From an uncultured bacterium (lineage in GTDB: Bacteria; Krumholzibacteriota; Krumholzibacteriia; Krumholzibacteriales; Krumholzibacteriaceae): DNA of 64,000 nucleotides. The position numbers were made by a program, and so were the translations under genes. The notes beneath the pieces were generated by a model that had not been told where the DNA came from, made no database searches, and saw only the letters and a program-made list of their open reading frames with translations. The stretch's first letter is position 1. The number at the start of each line of letters is the position of its first letter. The stretch covers positions 36,966 to 100,965 of the forward strand of contig CBDUQN010000002.1 in NCBI GenBank assembly GCA_965369375.1. Direction: 5' to 3'. Of this stretch, positions 19,508-29,414 are shown one piece after another.

Positions 19508-20284
19508 ATGCTGACCGAGATACACGATACGGCCATAGTTCATCCCGGCGCTCGGCTGGGCGAAAATGTTTCGATCGGTCCCTATTCCGTCATCGGAGAG
19601 CATGTCGAGATAGGGGATAATTGCACCATCGGGAGCTCGATCCTCCTGGACGGCAACACGGTGATGGGCGCAGATAACCGTGTCTTTCACGGCGCTTCGA
19701 TCGGGACGGTTCCGCAGGATCTCAAATACCGCGGCGCGAAATCTTCTCTCGTGATCGGTGACAGAAACGTTTTCCGTGAATTTGTTACGATCAACATAGC
19801 CACGAATGAAGGGGAGCGCACGTACATAGGTAATAATAATCTTCTCATGGCGTACGTCCACGTGGCCCACAATTGCTGGATAGGGGACAACGTCGTTCTC
19901 GCGAATTCGGTGAATCTCGCAGGCCATGTAACGATATACGATTATGTGATCGTCGGCGGAGTTGTTCCGATTCACCAGTTTGTTTCTATCGGCGCGCACT
20001 CGATCATCGGCGGCGGAAGCCGGGTCCCGAAAGATATTCCGCCCTTTATCAAGGTGGCGGGCAATCCCCCCCGAGTAGGCGGACTGAACAGTATCGGCCT
20101 CAAGCGGCGGGGATTCACTATTGAACAACGTTCATTGATCAAGAAGGCTTTCTGTATGCTGTACCGTGAAGACCTGAATGTCACGCAGGCGGTAGGAAAG
20201 ATAGAAATGGAGCTCCCGCAAACGCCGGAGATCGAAATGCTCGTTGATTTTGTTCGAAAGTCCAAGCGGGGCATCACGAAATAG
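19508..20284 (+). CDS. lpxA: Acyl-ACP--UDP-GlcNAc O-acyltransferase
   Basis: Hexapeptide-repeat beta-helix and a C-terminal helical domain; 258 aa. Cluster position. Confidence 0.9.
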   Translation: MLTEIHDTAIVHPGARLGENVSIGPYSVIGEHVEIGDNCTIGSSILLDGNTVMGADNRVFHGASIGTVPQDLKYRGAKSSLVIGDRNVFREFVTINIATNEGERTYIGNNNLLMAYVHVAHNCWIGDNVVLANSVNLAGHVTIYDYVIVGGVVPIHQFVSIGAHSIIGGGSRVPKDIPPFIKVAGNPPRVGGLNSIGLKRRGFTIEQRSLIKKAFCMLYREDLNVTQAVGKIEMELPQTPEIEMLVDFVRKSKRGITK

Positions 20285-20326
20285 CTTTTTCCATGAACAT
20301 TGCGTAGAGGAATCCTCTAAGGGGCT

Positions 20327-21280
20327 ATGAAAGGCAGCATAAAAGCGGGTGTAATCGGTGTCGGGACGCTCGGGAGGGAGCATGCGCGCATCTACGCCTC
20401 TTCAGATCATGTATCGGCGCTCGTGCTCTACGATCGGATCGAAGACCGCGCGCGGGAGGTGGCCTTGATTCACGGCGCGCAAGCCGCATCATCGATCGAG
20501 GAGCTGCTGGGAGAGTGCGATGCGGTGAGCGTCTGCACACCCGCCACCCATCATTATGAGACGGTACGGAGCGCGTTTGACCATGGCGTCGATGTCCTCG
20601 TCGAGAAGCCGATAGCTGCGAATTCGTCGGAAGCGAATCTCATGGCCCGCAGCGCGGAATCGAAGGGCTGTCTACTGCAGGTCGGACATATCGAGAGATT
20701 CAACGGGGCGTTTCAGGCGGCCCTGCCGCTGCTCGATCACCCGCTCTTTATAGAAACACACCGTCTCTCGACATTCACGCCGAGAGGTACGGATGTTTCC
20801 GTCGTCGTCGATCTCATGATTCATGATATCGATCTGATCCTCGCTACTCTGAAATGGGACGGCATCAAGGATCTCAAAGCTTCCGGCACGAGGGTTCTCA
20901 CGGATTCGCCCGACATCGTGAATGCGCGGCTCGAATTCGAGAACGGATGCGTGGCCAATATCACCGCAAGCAGGATATCGAGGGAGCCGCTGAGAAAGAT
21001 CCGGTTCTTCCAGGAGAACCGGTACGTATCGCTGGATCTCAGACGAAAAGAGATAGAGGCTTTCGAAAAAACGGCGACGACCGATATCGAGGCCCTCCAG
21101 GCCGATCCGAGCGCTTTCATTCGAAGGTTGAACATCGAGATTGATCGGACTGAACCCCTCAAGCGTGAGATCGATTCCTTTATCGAAGCGCATATGAACA
21201 GGAGTACGCCGCTCGTGTCGGGATTCGAAGCGGTTGCTGCCCTCGAGGTAGCGGAGATGATATTGGAACGCATTTCTTAA
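20327..21280 (+). CDS. Gfo/Idh/MocA-family NAD(P)-dependent oxidoreductase (GnnA-like UDP-GlcNAc 3-dehydrogenase candidate)
   Basis: Rossmann N-terminus AGVIGVGTLGREHARIY and EKP motif (VLVEKPIA). Inserted between lpxA and lpxB, the position where gnnA-gnnB sit in Acidithiobacillus. Confidence 0.7.
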   Translation: MKGSIKAGVIGVGTLGREHARIYASSDHVSALVLYDRIEDRAREVALIHGAQAASSIEELLGECDAVSVCTPATHHYETVRSAFDHGVDVLVEKPIAANSSEANLMARSAESKGCLLQVGHIERFNGAFQAALPLLDHPLFIETHRLSTFTPRGTDVSVVVDLMIHDIDLILATLKWDGIKDLKASGTRVLTDSPDIVNARLEFENGCVANITASRISREPLRKIRFFQENRYVSLDLRRKEIEAFEKTATTDIEALQADPSAFIRRLNIEIDRTEPLKREIDSFIEAHMNRSTPLVSGFEAVAALEVAEMILERIS

Positions 21281-21289
21281 GAGAAGGGT

Positions 21290-22456
21290 TTGAAGGTGAA
21301 GACGATCCTTCTGACCTGCGGCGAAACGAGCGGGGAGCACCATGCTTCCCGTGTCGTATATGAGCTTCGAAGCCGTGATCCGTCGGTTCGTGTCGTTGCA
21401 CTCGGCGGACGCGAGCTCGAGGCCGCGGGAGCGGAAATCCTCTTTCCCATGGCGGAGTACGCATTCATGGGTTTCTCCGAAGTGATCACCCATCTTCCGA
21501 AGGTGCTTGCGCTCGAGCGAAAGATCAAGAAACTCCTGAGAAGCGGTCGTATCGATCTGTTCATGCCGGTGGACTACCCGGGGCTCAATCTCCGCCTCGC
21601 GCGTTACGCGAAAGCGGCGGGCGTTCCCGTTCTATATTTTGTAAGCCCGCAGGTCTGGGCGTGGGGGGGATGGCGCGTGCAGCGGATGAAGGAGATCGTT
21701 GATCTGATGACGGTCATTCTCCCCTTCGAGGAAGAGATCTATCGTCGCGCGGGGATTCCGGTTGTGTTCGTCGGTCACTCGGCGCTCGATGAGATAGAAG
21801 CGCCGGCGCTTCCCAAAGAAGCGCCGAAAGAAAAACAACCCTTCAATATTCTGCTCTTTCCCGGAAGCCGACAGCAGGAGGTGGCGCGGATGCTTCCGCC
21901 GCTCATCGAGGCTTCGTTGATACTCAAACGCAGGTTTCCCCAGGCCCGTTTCAGGCTCGGCCTGGCGCCTCTTATCGAAGAAGAGACGCTCGATATCCCC
22001 TTGGATGCGCGGTCTTTTATCGAGATAACGAGAAGGGGCGTAGATGAACTGACCGACGCTGCTCTCGTTCTGGCCGCTTCAGGCACCGTAACCCTGCTCA
22101 CGGCGATTTCGGGAACACCGATGGTCGTATTCTACAAGACGACGATATTGACCTATTTGCTGGGGAGGCTTCTCGTGAAAATTCCCTGGATAGCCATGCC
22201 GAACGTTCTCGCAGGTAAGCGTCTAGTGCCCGAGCTCGTTCAGGGGGATGCCACGCCGGCACGCATCGCCGACGAAGCCGCCGCGCTGCTCGGCAGCGGG
22301 AACCGTTACCGGGAGCTATCGAGCAATCTCCTCGGGCTCAGAGAACGGCTGCGCGGATCGGGCGGAGCGGTCCGCGTCGCGGATGTTGCGGCGCGGATGG
22401 CGAACGGGGAGGAGATCGGCGATATGATCGGCTCTTCGATCGGAGAAGGGTCGTGA
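21290..22456 (+). CDS. lpxB: Lipid-A-disaccharide synthase
   Basis: GT19 fold; N-terminal ILLTCGETSGEHHA typical of LpxB; 388 aa. Confidence 0.9.
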   Translation: MKVKTILLTCGETSGEHHASRVVYELRSRDPSVRVVALGGRELEAAGAEILFPMAEYAFMGFSEVITHLPKVLALERKIKKLLRSGRIDLFMPVDYPGLNLRLARYAKAAGVPVLYFVSPQVWAWGGWRVQRMKEIVDLMTVILPFEEEIYRRAGIPVVFVGHSALDEIEAPALPKEAPKEKQPFNILLFPGSRQQEVARMLPPLIEASLILKRRFPQARFRLGLAPLIEEETLDIPLDARSFIEITRRGVDELTDAALVLAASGTVTLLTAISGTPMVVFYKTTILTYLLGRLLVKIPWIAMPNVLAGKRLVPELVQGDATPARIADEAAALLGSGNRYRELSSNLLGLRERLRGSGGAVRVADVAARMANGEEIGDMIGSSIGEGS

Positions 22457-23136
22457 AGATACCCTTTCATATGGGGCTTACGAGCTTTTTCGGGTCGTTG
22501 CTCATACGTTTGCTCGGCGCCACCTGGCGGATCGAGTGGCGTGGGAAGGAGCATCTCGAGCGTGCGCGGCGGATGTCGTCCCGCGTGATATTTGTCTTCT
22601 GGCACGGCCGGCTTCTCGTATTGAGCTTTTCCCACCGGCACAGGAGGATCCAGGTGCTCGCCTCGGAGCATCCCGACGGCGATCTCATGGGAAGAACGAT
22701 TCAATGGCTCGGGTTCGGCCATCTGAAAGGATCTTCTTCCAGGGGTGGAGCGCGCGCCCTGCGTGAGCTCGCACATGTTCTCAGGCAGGGGCTCGAGGTA
22801 GGTTTGACGGTAGACGGTCCGCGGGGTCCCCGGGGTGTGATGCAGCAGGGAGCGATCGAGCTGAGCCGGATAGCGGACTCGGCGATCGTGCCCGTTTCGA
22901 ACTCCGCCCGGCCGCGCCGCCTCTTCTCCTCCTGGGACCGGTTTCAGCTACCGGGGTTGTTTGCCAAAGTGGTGATCTCATACGGCGAACCGATTCTCGT
23001 TCCCGCCGATGCGGACACGAAGGCACGGAAAACACTGAAGTCGACACTCGAGGAGCGGTTGAACAGGCTCACGGCGGAGTTGGACGGCGCCCTCGGCTAC
23101 CGCGGATCGGAAATATGGCCTCATGAGAATAGTTGA
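22453..23136 (+). CDS. DUF374-domain protein (LPLAT-like), commonly encoded beside lpxB/lpxK
   Basis: About 227 aa with a conserved VFVFWHGRL motif. GTGA overlap with the lpxB stop. ATG 22471 is an alternative start. Confidence 0.55.
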   Translation: MKIPFHMGLTSFFGSLLIRLLGATWRIEWRGKEHLERARRMSSRVIFVFWHGRLLVLSFSHRHRRIQVLASEHPDGDLMGRTIQWLGFGHLKGSSSRGGARALRELAHVLRQGLEVGLTVDGPRGPRGVMQQGAIELSRIADSAIVPVSNSARPRRLFSSWDRFQLPGLFAKVVISYGEPILVPADADTKARKTLKSTLEERLNRLTAELDGALGYRGSEIWPHENS

Positions 23137-24286
23137 GCGTTACTCGACGGCGTTTTCAATCTTCTCGGGACGGGGACTCGGAATCCTCTTCCTCCCGGCA
23201 CGGGCCGTTCTTTCGCTCTTCTACTGGATCTGGATTTCTCTTTCCGATCGCGACGTGCCTGCGAAAGACGACGGACGGCAATCGAAGACAAAGCGCGAAA
23301 GGCACGGAGCAACGATAATCTCGGTCGGAAACATCGAGGTCGGGGGGAGCGGCAAAACACCCTGCGTCATCGCACTCGCTTCGGAGATCGCCCGGCGAGG
23401 CGGGAGCGTGGTCGTTGTCACGCGGGGGTACAAGAGTGAAGCCGCCCGGCATTGCCCCTTCGTCGTTTCAGCCGGCACGTCTCTCACGCATGCCGATGGT
23501 GTAGATTATACGACCGAAGAAGCATATGTCGAGGTGCGTCGCGGTTCGGGCAGGATGCGCGGGATGCCGCTCATCGCGCGGATTATCGGTGACGAGGTGA
23601 TGCTCTACCGGAATCGGAACATACCGGTTGTGATCGATCCGAAGCGCGCGCGCGGAATCGACGTTGCACAGCGGCTCTTTGAGCCGACCCACATACTGCT
23701 CGACGATGCGTATCAGCAGCGGTCTATTCATAAAGATCTCGATATCCTCCTTCTCGATGCATCGGATCCGCTGCGGGGAGGGATGCTTCTTCCGCTTGGA
23801 TTATTGCGGGAAAAGCCATCGGCGGTTCGCCGCGCCGATGCCGTTATCTTTACACGATCTGAAAGTGATACCGTCCCGCGCGACGTGGAATTGTTGGTGA
23901 AGGGCGGGATGGTACGCTTTGCGAGACATCGGGCGACCGATCTTGCTGCGAGGGGCGGGGCATCGCTCCCGTTGTCATACCTCGACGGCACATCCGTTTC
24001 CTGCTTCTCGGGGATTGCCCGGCCCGATTCCTTCGAAGGGCTCATGTTTTCCCTCGGTGCCCGGATAGACGTATCATTCAGATATATCGATCATCATACC
24101 TACACGCGAGGCGATATCGAAGCGATGACTGCTGCGGTGGGAGAAAGCGGTCCGTTCATCACAACCGAGAAGGATTGGGTGAAGGTGGCTCACCTGTTTC
24201 CTGATAATGCGGAGGTCTACGCGCTGCGCATAGTGATGGATATCGATGGAATCGGCGGCCTGCTCGATATGCTCGACCGGGGATAG
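23123..24286 (+). CDS. lpxK: Tetraacyldisaccharide 4'-kinase
   Basis: P-loop ISVGNIEVGGSGKTP and downstream LLDDAYQ motif. N-terminal membrane anchor. Confidence 0.85.
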   Translation: MRIVERYSTAFSIFSGRGLGILFLPARAVLSLFYWIWISLSDRDVPAKDDGRQSKTKRERHGATIISVGNIEVGGSGKTPCVIALASEIARRGGSVVVVTRGYKSEAARHCPFVVSAGTSLTHADGVDYTTEEAYVEVRRGSGRMRGMPLIARIIGDEVMLYRNRNIPVVIDPKRARGIDVAQRLFEPTHILLDDAYQQRSIHKDLDILLLDASDPLRGGMLLPLGLLREKPSAVRRADAVIFTRSESDTVPRDVELLVKGGMVRFARHRATDLAARGGASLPLSYLDGTSVSCFSGIARPDSFEGLMFSLGARIDVSFRYIDHHTYTRGDIEAMTAAVGESGPFITTEKDWVKVAHLFPDNAEVYALRIVMDIDGIGGLLDMLDRG

Positions 24287-24345
24287 ATTTTCGAGCTGCG
24301 GCGTCCACGCCGATCCCCCGTTCGAAGCCGGCGCAACGGGGCCGT

Positions 24346-25080
24346 TTACTTCATATTCCTGATTCGGACCTCTATATCTTTTTCGCCTTCGAGCAATGCG
24401 ACGATCTTCGATGTATCGGTGTCACCGAAGTGATAGGGGTAGAGTACCTTCGGTTTGAAGGCCCGGGCGGCATCCGCTGCCATTTCCGGCGTCATGGTAT
24501 AGGGGAGATTCATCGGTAGAAACGCTATGTCGATGTCGGTGAGCTCTTTCATCTCGGGAATATTCTCCGTGTCGCCCGCGATATATATTCTCGTGTTCCC
24601 GTACGTAATCACGTAGCCGTTACCGGCGCCCTTTGGGTGGAAGGGCTTGCCGTCGTCGCGTTTGTGAACGATGTTGTACGCGGGCACCGCCACGATCTCG
24701 AAGCCTCTGAACGTCAGGGTGTCCCCGTTTTTCATGACCGTTCCCTTCGGCCATTCGGCAAGGCACGCTTCGCTTAACACGACCTCTGTGCTCTCCGTGC
24801 ATATCTCTTTGAGCGCTTTCCCGTCGAGATGGTCTCGATGCTCGTGTGTTATCAGCACGAGATCGGCCTCGGCAAGCTCCGAATAATCGGCGAGACGGCC
24901 GAATGGATCGACATGGATGATCGCTTCCTCGAATTCGAACATCAGCGATCCATGGCCGATAAACACGATTGCGAAGTCACCCTCCTTCGCCTTGATGATA
25001 TCCTGCTCGAACGATGCCGCCCCTGTCGCCATGATTATCGGTAGCGCCATAAGGATCAATCCTGCCGGAACGCATCTCAT
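24346..25080 (-). CDS. Secreted MBL-fold metallo-hydrolase
   Basis: Signal peptide MRCVPAGLILMALPIIMATGAA. HxHxDH motif (ITHEHRDHLDG) plus downstream His/Asp ligands. 244 aa. Confidence 0.7.
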   Translation of the reverse strand: MRCVPAGLILMALPIIMATGAASFEQDIIKAKEGDFAIVFIGHGSLMFEFEEAIIHVDPFGRLADYSELAEADLVLITHEHRDHLDGKALKEICTESTEVVLSEACLAEWPKGTVMKNGDTLTFRGFEIVAVPAYNIVHKRDDGKPFHPKGAGNGYVITYGNTRIYIAGDTENIPEMKELTDIDIAFLPMNLPYTMTPEMAADAARAFKPKVLYPYHFGDTDTSKIVALLEGEKDIEVRIRNMK

Positions 25081-25200
25081 CGTATTACCTCCGGGCAGCG
25101 AGTTGCCCGGTTCGAGGAAAACAGCCGTCTGTGTGAGGGTATGATAATGTTAACTTCTTGTCAATTCCAACGCGGCTGGGAGTTGGTTGGAAGCAGCGGC

Positions 25201-25243
25201 AAAAAAAAGAACGGGAGGCCCGCGTGCGTAACGCAGACCTCCC
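25201..25243 (-). terminator. Rho-independent terminator for the minus-strand lipoprotein gene (GGGAGG...CCTCCC stem followed by U8 on the minus strand)
   Basis: Plus strand shows A8 (25201-25208) then GGGAGGcccgcgtgcgtaacgcagaCCTCCC. The reverse complement is a GC stem followed by a T-run, immediately downstream of the stop at 25284. Confidence 0.6.
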
Positions 25244-25283
25244 TATCTATCGATAGCGAACGGTGGTTACCTGGTTAATTTCA

Positions 25284-25901
25284 CTAGTTGTCGTCCGTGA
25301 TGAGCGGATCGGCAAAGTGAACGGTGATTCCCGATGTGAATGTGACTTTCCGCGATGTCTGCACCTCGTGCCCCTCGAAGGTGATCGTCGCATATGTCAT
25401 GATCTCTTCCGCCGTATAATGCATGTCGAAAAGCGGAGAGATGGTTTTAGCATAGAATGGGACGATCGGAACCGATATCTCAACCATGTTGTTCGCGGGA
25501 ACAAGCGAATTCAGCTTTCCAGAGAATGGCGCAACGGGTGCCGTCACGCCGGGAACCGTCGAAAACGTGACGGTATATTCGACATGGTAATCCGTTATGA
25601 GAAAGTCCCCGAGCGAGCCGGTACAGGGATTGATGATACTGTTGTACGGCCTGTTATGCACCAATACGAGAACATTATCCTCGCTGACGTAGTCGTCATT
25701 TCTGACGGGCGTCACACCGTCATTCTCGTAGATCGAATCACCCTGGTTGAGCACATCGCTGAAGTACGGATTGCCATCGTTTACGCTGGCCACTATGACG
25801 ACGGTTCTCTGATCGTAGTTCGAATCGTCACACCCGATTGCAATGAGGACTATACTGAGCACAACTATGAAGGTAAGGGGGATAAACTTCTTCGATAACA
25901 T
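25284..25901 (-). CDS. Hypothetical lipoprotein (no recognisable domain)
   Basis: Signal peptide plus lipobox MLSKKFIPLTFIVVLSIVLIAIGCDD. AGGAGG RBS 8 nt upstream of ATG 25901. GC visibly lower (about 50%) than the flanks. The tool ORF is extended to 26069. Confidence 0.5.
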   Translation of the reverse strand: MLSKKFIPLTFIVVLSIVLIAIGCDDSNYDQRTVVIVASVNDGNPYFSDVLNQGDSIYENDGVTPVRNDDYVSEDNVLVLVHNRPYNSIINPCTGSLGDFLITDYHVEYTVTFSTVPGVTAPVAPFSGKLNSLVPANNMVEISVPIVPFYAKTISPLFDMHYTAEEIMTYATITFEGHEVQTSRKVTFTSGITVHFADPLITDDN

Positions 25902-26136
25902 CGGGCAACCTCCTACTGCATGACTGGCTGTAAAGAGCTTCAACAACCCACGCTCGCAATGATTGTGCCAAGTATCACAGCGCCCAGAAGCGCATAATGT
26001 AATATTTAATAAGGAGATACGCCTGACTCCCGGGCTGCGGCAGAATTTTGTCTCTCCGTGATTGCACATTGCACTTCTTTATGTTGCGGTAATATCTGTC
26101 ATTACCTATGATGAATGTAAAACGGGGTGGTAATAA

Positions 26137-27729
26137 TTGGAGACGTACAAAAGCGATATACTCGTTCTGGGAAGCGGCGCCGCCGGGCTCTTCTTTGCGC
26201 TCGATGCCGCCCGATTCGCTGAGACGGTGGTGCTGACGAAAAAGCGGACCTTCCAGAGCAACACATACTATGCGCAGGGAGGTATCGCGTCCGTGGTGGG
26301 GGGGGACGACTCCTTCGAGCTCCACGTGGCGGACACCCTCGCCGCCGGGCAGGGTCTCTGCGACCGCGAGGCGGTCGAGATCATGGTCAGGGAAGGTCCC
26401 GATCGGCTCGAAGAGCTGTCGGCTCTCGGTGTCAGCTTCAACAGGGATGCAAAGAGCGGTTCCTACATTCTCGGGCGTGAGGGGGGACATTCCGCTCCGC
26501 GCATAGTTCATCACAATGATGTTACGGGTCGCACGATAGAGGATACACTGATAGACGAGGTCGAGAGAAACAAGAATATCGAGCTGCGGGAGGATCATCT
26601 CGCGGTTGATCTTATTAAGGATAAGTGGGGCGCGGTGAGGGGATGCTATGTCTTCGACCGGTGCGGTGGCAAGGCAATCGCGTTTCTCGCCAGGCATACC
26701 GTTCTCGCCACCGGCGGGGCCGGCAAGATATATCTCTATACATCGAATCCCGATGTCGCGACGGGGGACGGGATTGCAATGGCGTACCGGGCGGGGGCCA
26801 CCATCGCGAATCTCGAATTCGTACAGTTTCACCCCACCTGTTTCTATCATCAAGAGGTGAAATCACTGCTCATTTCAGAAACCCTCAGGGGAGAGGGCGC
26901 CGTGCTCAAGAATCTTGAGGGCGAGGAATTCATGGAGCGATACGATGATCGGCGCGAGCTTGCCCCCCGTGACATCGTTGCGCGGTCTATCGACAGCGAA
27001 ATGAAGCGGAGCGGGGATAAGAACGTCCTCCTCGACATCACGAGCAGGCCGGGGGATTGGCTGACAAAAAGGTTTCCCTATGTATTCGAGAACTGTCTTC
27101 GCTATGGAATCGACATCAGGCGGGATCCGATACCGGTCGTCCCGGCTGCACACTACATGTGCGGCGGCGTAAAGGTGGATCTCAACGGATGCACCGATCT
27201 GCCCGGGCTCTTCGCCATCGGTGAGGTATCGTGCTCGGGAGTGCACGGCGCGAACCGGCTGGCGAGCAATTCACTTCTCGAGGTGCTCGTCGTGGCAAAG
27301 CGGTGTTCGCAGTTGCTCGAGAAACAGCCGGGACGCAATCACGATTCCGACGGGGTGGGACTGATCGCTGCGAAGATCGCGGATGCGAAGGCCCTCGAGA
27401 CGGTCATTCTCGACCACGACTGGGATCTCACGAGAAGGGTGATGTGGGATTACGTGGGCATCGTGCGCTCCGAGGAACGGCTGGGGATTGCGCGCCAGAG
27501 AATCGCGCAGATCCGGGAGACGGTTGAACGTCTCTACCGGGAATATGGAATCTCGGGAGATCTTATCGAGCTCCGAAACATCGCGCTCGTCAGCAGGCTC
27601 GTCGTCGAATCGGCGCTCTTGCGCAAAGAGTCGAGGGGGCTCCATTTTATGCAGGAATATCCCGAGCCCGATCCTTCCTGGGAAAAGAATACCCTCATGA
27701 AATTAAAAAGGAATACGAATCGGAACTGA
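26137..27729 (+). CDS. nadB: L-aspartate oxidase
   Basis: FAD-binding VLGSGAAGL and flavoprotein-oxidase core (succinate dehydrogenase / fumarate reductase flavoprotein-like). 530 aa, TTG start. Confidence 0.85.
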   Translation: METYKSDILVLGSGAAGLFFALDAARFAETVVLTKKRTFQSNTYYAQGGIASVVGGDDSFELHVADTLAAGQGLCDREAVEIMVREGPDRLEELSALGVSFNRDAKSGSYILGREGGHSAPRIVHHNDVTGRTIEDTLIDEVERNKNIELREDHLAVDLIKDKWGAVRGCYVFDRCGGKAIAFLARHTVLATGGAGKIYLYTSNPDVATGDGIAMAYRAGATIANLEFVQFHPTCFYHQEVKSLLISETLRGEGAVLKNLEGEEFMERYDDRRELAPRDIVARSIDSEMKRSGDKNVLLDITSRPGDWLTKRFPYVFENCLRYGIDIRRDPIPVVPAAHYMCGGVKVDLNGCTDLPGLFAIGEVSCSGVHGANRLASNSLLEVLVVAKRCSQLLEKQPGRNHDSDGVGLIAAKIADAKALETVILDHDWDLTRRVMWDYVGIVRSEERLGIARQRIAQIRETVERLYREYGISGDLIELRNIALVSRLVVESALLRKESRGLHFMQEYPEPDPSWEKNTLMKLKRNTNRN

Positions 27730-27730
27730 A

Positions 27731-29320
27731 ATGAACGCCGAGTTTATTTCCGCATCATCAATTACCCGGTTTCAGCAGCCTTTCCGCGAGTTGCTCGGCG
27801 GCGCGGATCATCCGCTCCTTCCTGCGCTCTCGTCGCGTTTTGGATATGACGATCGACTCGGGCTCCTCTCGAACAGACCCGGCGTGCCGGAATCGATTGC
27901 CGCCGATCTCGAGGATCATAACAGAAGGATGGGTGCCGGCGAGGAGATCATCGAGAAGATGCGGTACGTTCTCGAGGGCGCGGGAGGCATCGTCGTCACG
28001 GGACAGCAGCCGGGACTCTTCGGCGGGCCGCTTCTGACGCTTTACAAAGGGCTGACCGCCGTGGCGCTCGCCCGGAGACTCGAGGAGCGGTTCGCGGTGC
28101 CGGTTGTTCCCGTCTTCTGGAACGCGGTGAACGACGATGATTTTGCCGAGGTGCGTTCCTGCACGCTCGTCACGCCTGAGCCGAAGCTCGTTACGATAGA
28201 GGTTCCAGCACGCTATCACGAGTCTGGAATGTGCGTCGGATCGATTCCCGTCGGGGATCTGTCGGGATTGCTCGATGCGGCCCGCGGATTCCTCGAACAA
28301 TGGGGCGGGAACGGCCGGGAAGCCTTTCGCTTGCTCGCGCAGGCCTTTGAATCGGAGTATTGGGGAGAGCATTTCGCGCGCATCCTCGTGCGCCTGCTCG
28401 GGGGGCGAATTCTCGTTTTCAACGCCGGTTCGAGCGCCTGGGTATGCGAAGGGGTGAATATCGCAAGGGCGTTTGCCGCCGATCGACAGAAGGCACTCGA
28501 ATCGCTGCGTGAACGAGCGAGACGCATGAAATCGATCGACATGCCGGCGACGATACCCGAGGGAACGCTCGGGATCCCCCTGACCCTGATCGAGGACGGC
28601 AGGCGCAGGCGTTTCTCCGCGTGGGACGAAGCGACGATCGCCCGCCTGATCGAAGAGCGGGCGTGCGATCTTTATCCTAATGTCGCGCTCAGATCGATAT
28701 ACCAGGACGCGCTCCTTCCCGTTCTCGCGCACGTGGTGGGTCCCGGCGAGGTGCACTATCTCGCGCAGCTCTCACCGCTCTACGAAGCGCTCGGTGTCCC
28801 CGAGCCGGTACGCGTTCCACGCATGACTCTCACGCTTCTCCCTCCGGCGGTGTCGTCGGTATCCGCGGCACTGGATAAGTCCCGATCTGATGTTTATCTC
28901 GATTGGGCGCTGAGCAGACGTCAGTATGTCGCATCCCTCATGCCGGACGGTTACTGCGAAGCGGTCGAGGAGCTGGCATCGCTCGTTTCCCGGGACGGAA
29001 GCGAGCTCATCCGGCGGATCGATGGGGGGGCGCAGCTTCAGAAAGAGATAAACAGGATTTCAGAGCTCGTTTCCGGCTTGAAATCAAAAGCCGAGGAGCT
29101 GTTAGTTCAACGATCCAAACAGGAGGGTCTCGATCTTTCTCTCGTTTCTGATTTTCTCCATCCGAGAGGCGCCCTCCAGGAGCGGATGCTATCGTTGCTC
29201 GTTCCGTTGTGCGCGGGGGGCTTTGAATTCGTCACCGGGCTTCTCTCTCTCGCGGATGAACATCTCGAGCGACTCGAGGGATCCGGCTCGGGGCATTTCG
29301 TCGTGGATTTGCAATCGTGA
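27731..29320 (+). CDS. bshC: Bacillithiol biosynthesis cysteine-adding enzyme BshC-like (YllA/UPF0747 family)
   Basis: VVTGQQPGLFGGPLLTLYK and PVVPVFWNAVNDDDFAEV match the BshC hallmark VVGGQQAGLLTGPLYTIHK / PVIPIFWVAGEDHDLDE. About 530 aa. Confidence 0.7.
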   Translation: MNAEFISASSITRFQQPFRELLGGADHPLLPALSSRFGYDDRLGLLSNRPGVPESIAADLEDHNRRMGAGEEIIEKMRYVLEGAGGIVVTGQQPGLFGGPLLTLYKGLTAVALARRLEERFAVPVVPVFWNAVNDDDFAEVRSCTLVTPEPKLVTIEVPARYHESGMCVGSIPVGDLSGLLDAARGFLEQWGGNGREAFRLLAQAFESEYWGEHFARILVRLLGGRILVFNAGSSAWVCEGVNIARAFAADRQKALESLRERARRMKSIDMPATIPEGTLGIPLTLIEDGRRRRFSAWDEATIARLIEERACDLYPNVALRSIYQDALLPVLAHVVGPGEVHYLAQLSPLYEALGVPEPVRVPRMTLTLLPPAVSSVSAALDKSRSDVYLDWALSRRQYVASLMPDGYCEAVEELASLVSRDGSELIRRIDGGAQLQKEINRISELVSGLKSKAEELLVQRSKQEGLDLSLVSDFLHPRGALQERMLSLLVPLCAGGFEFVTGLLSLADEHLERLEGSGSGHFVVDLQS

Positions 29321-29414
29321 GAATAGCACCGGCAACTGGTGGGGGCCCGGGAATGAGAGACACGGGCCGGACGCGGTAACGAGTTAACGGCATTGTTGGA
29401 GGAGGGAGGTCCAC

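Noticed and set aside
22453-23136. DUF374 protein as a lipid A late acyltransferase (LpxL/LpxM substitute)
   Set aside because: Tempting from context (between lpxB and lpxK, LPLAT-like), but the HX4D acyltransferase motif is not evident (FWHGRLLV has no Asp at +5). Left as DUF374 only.
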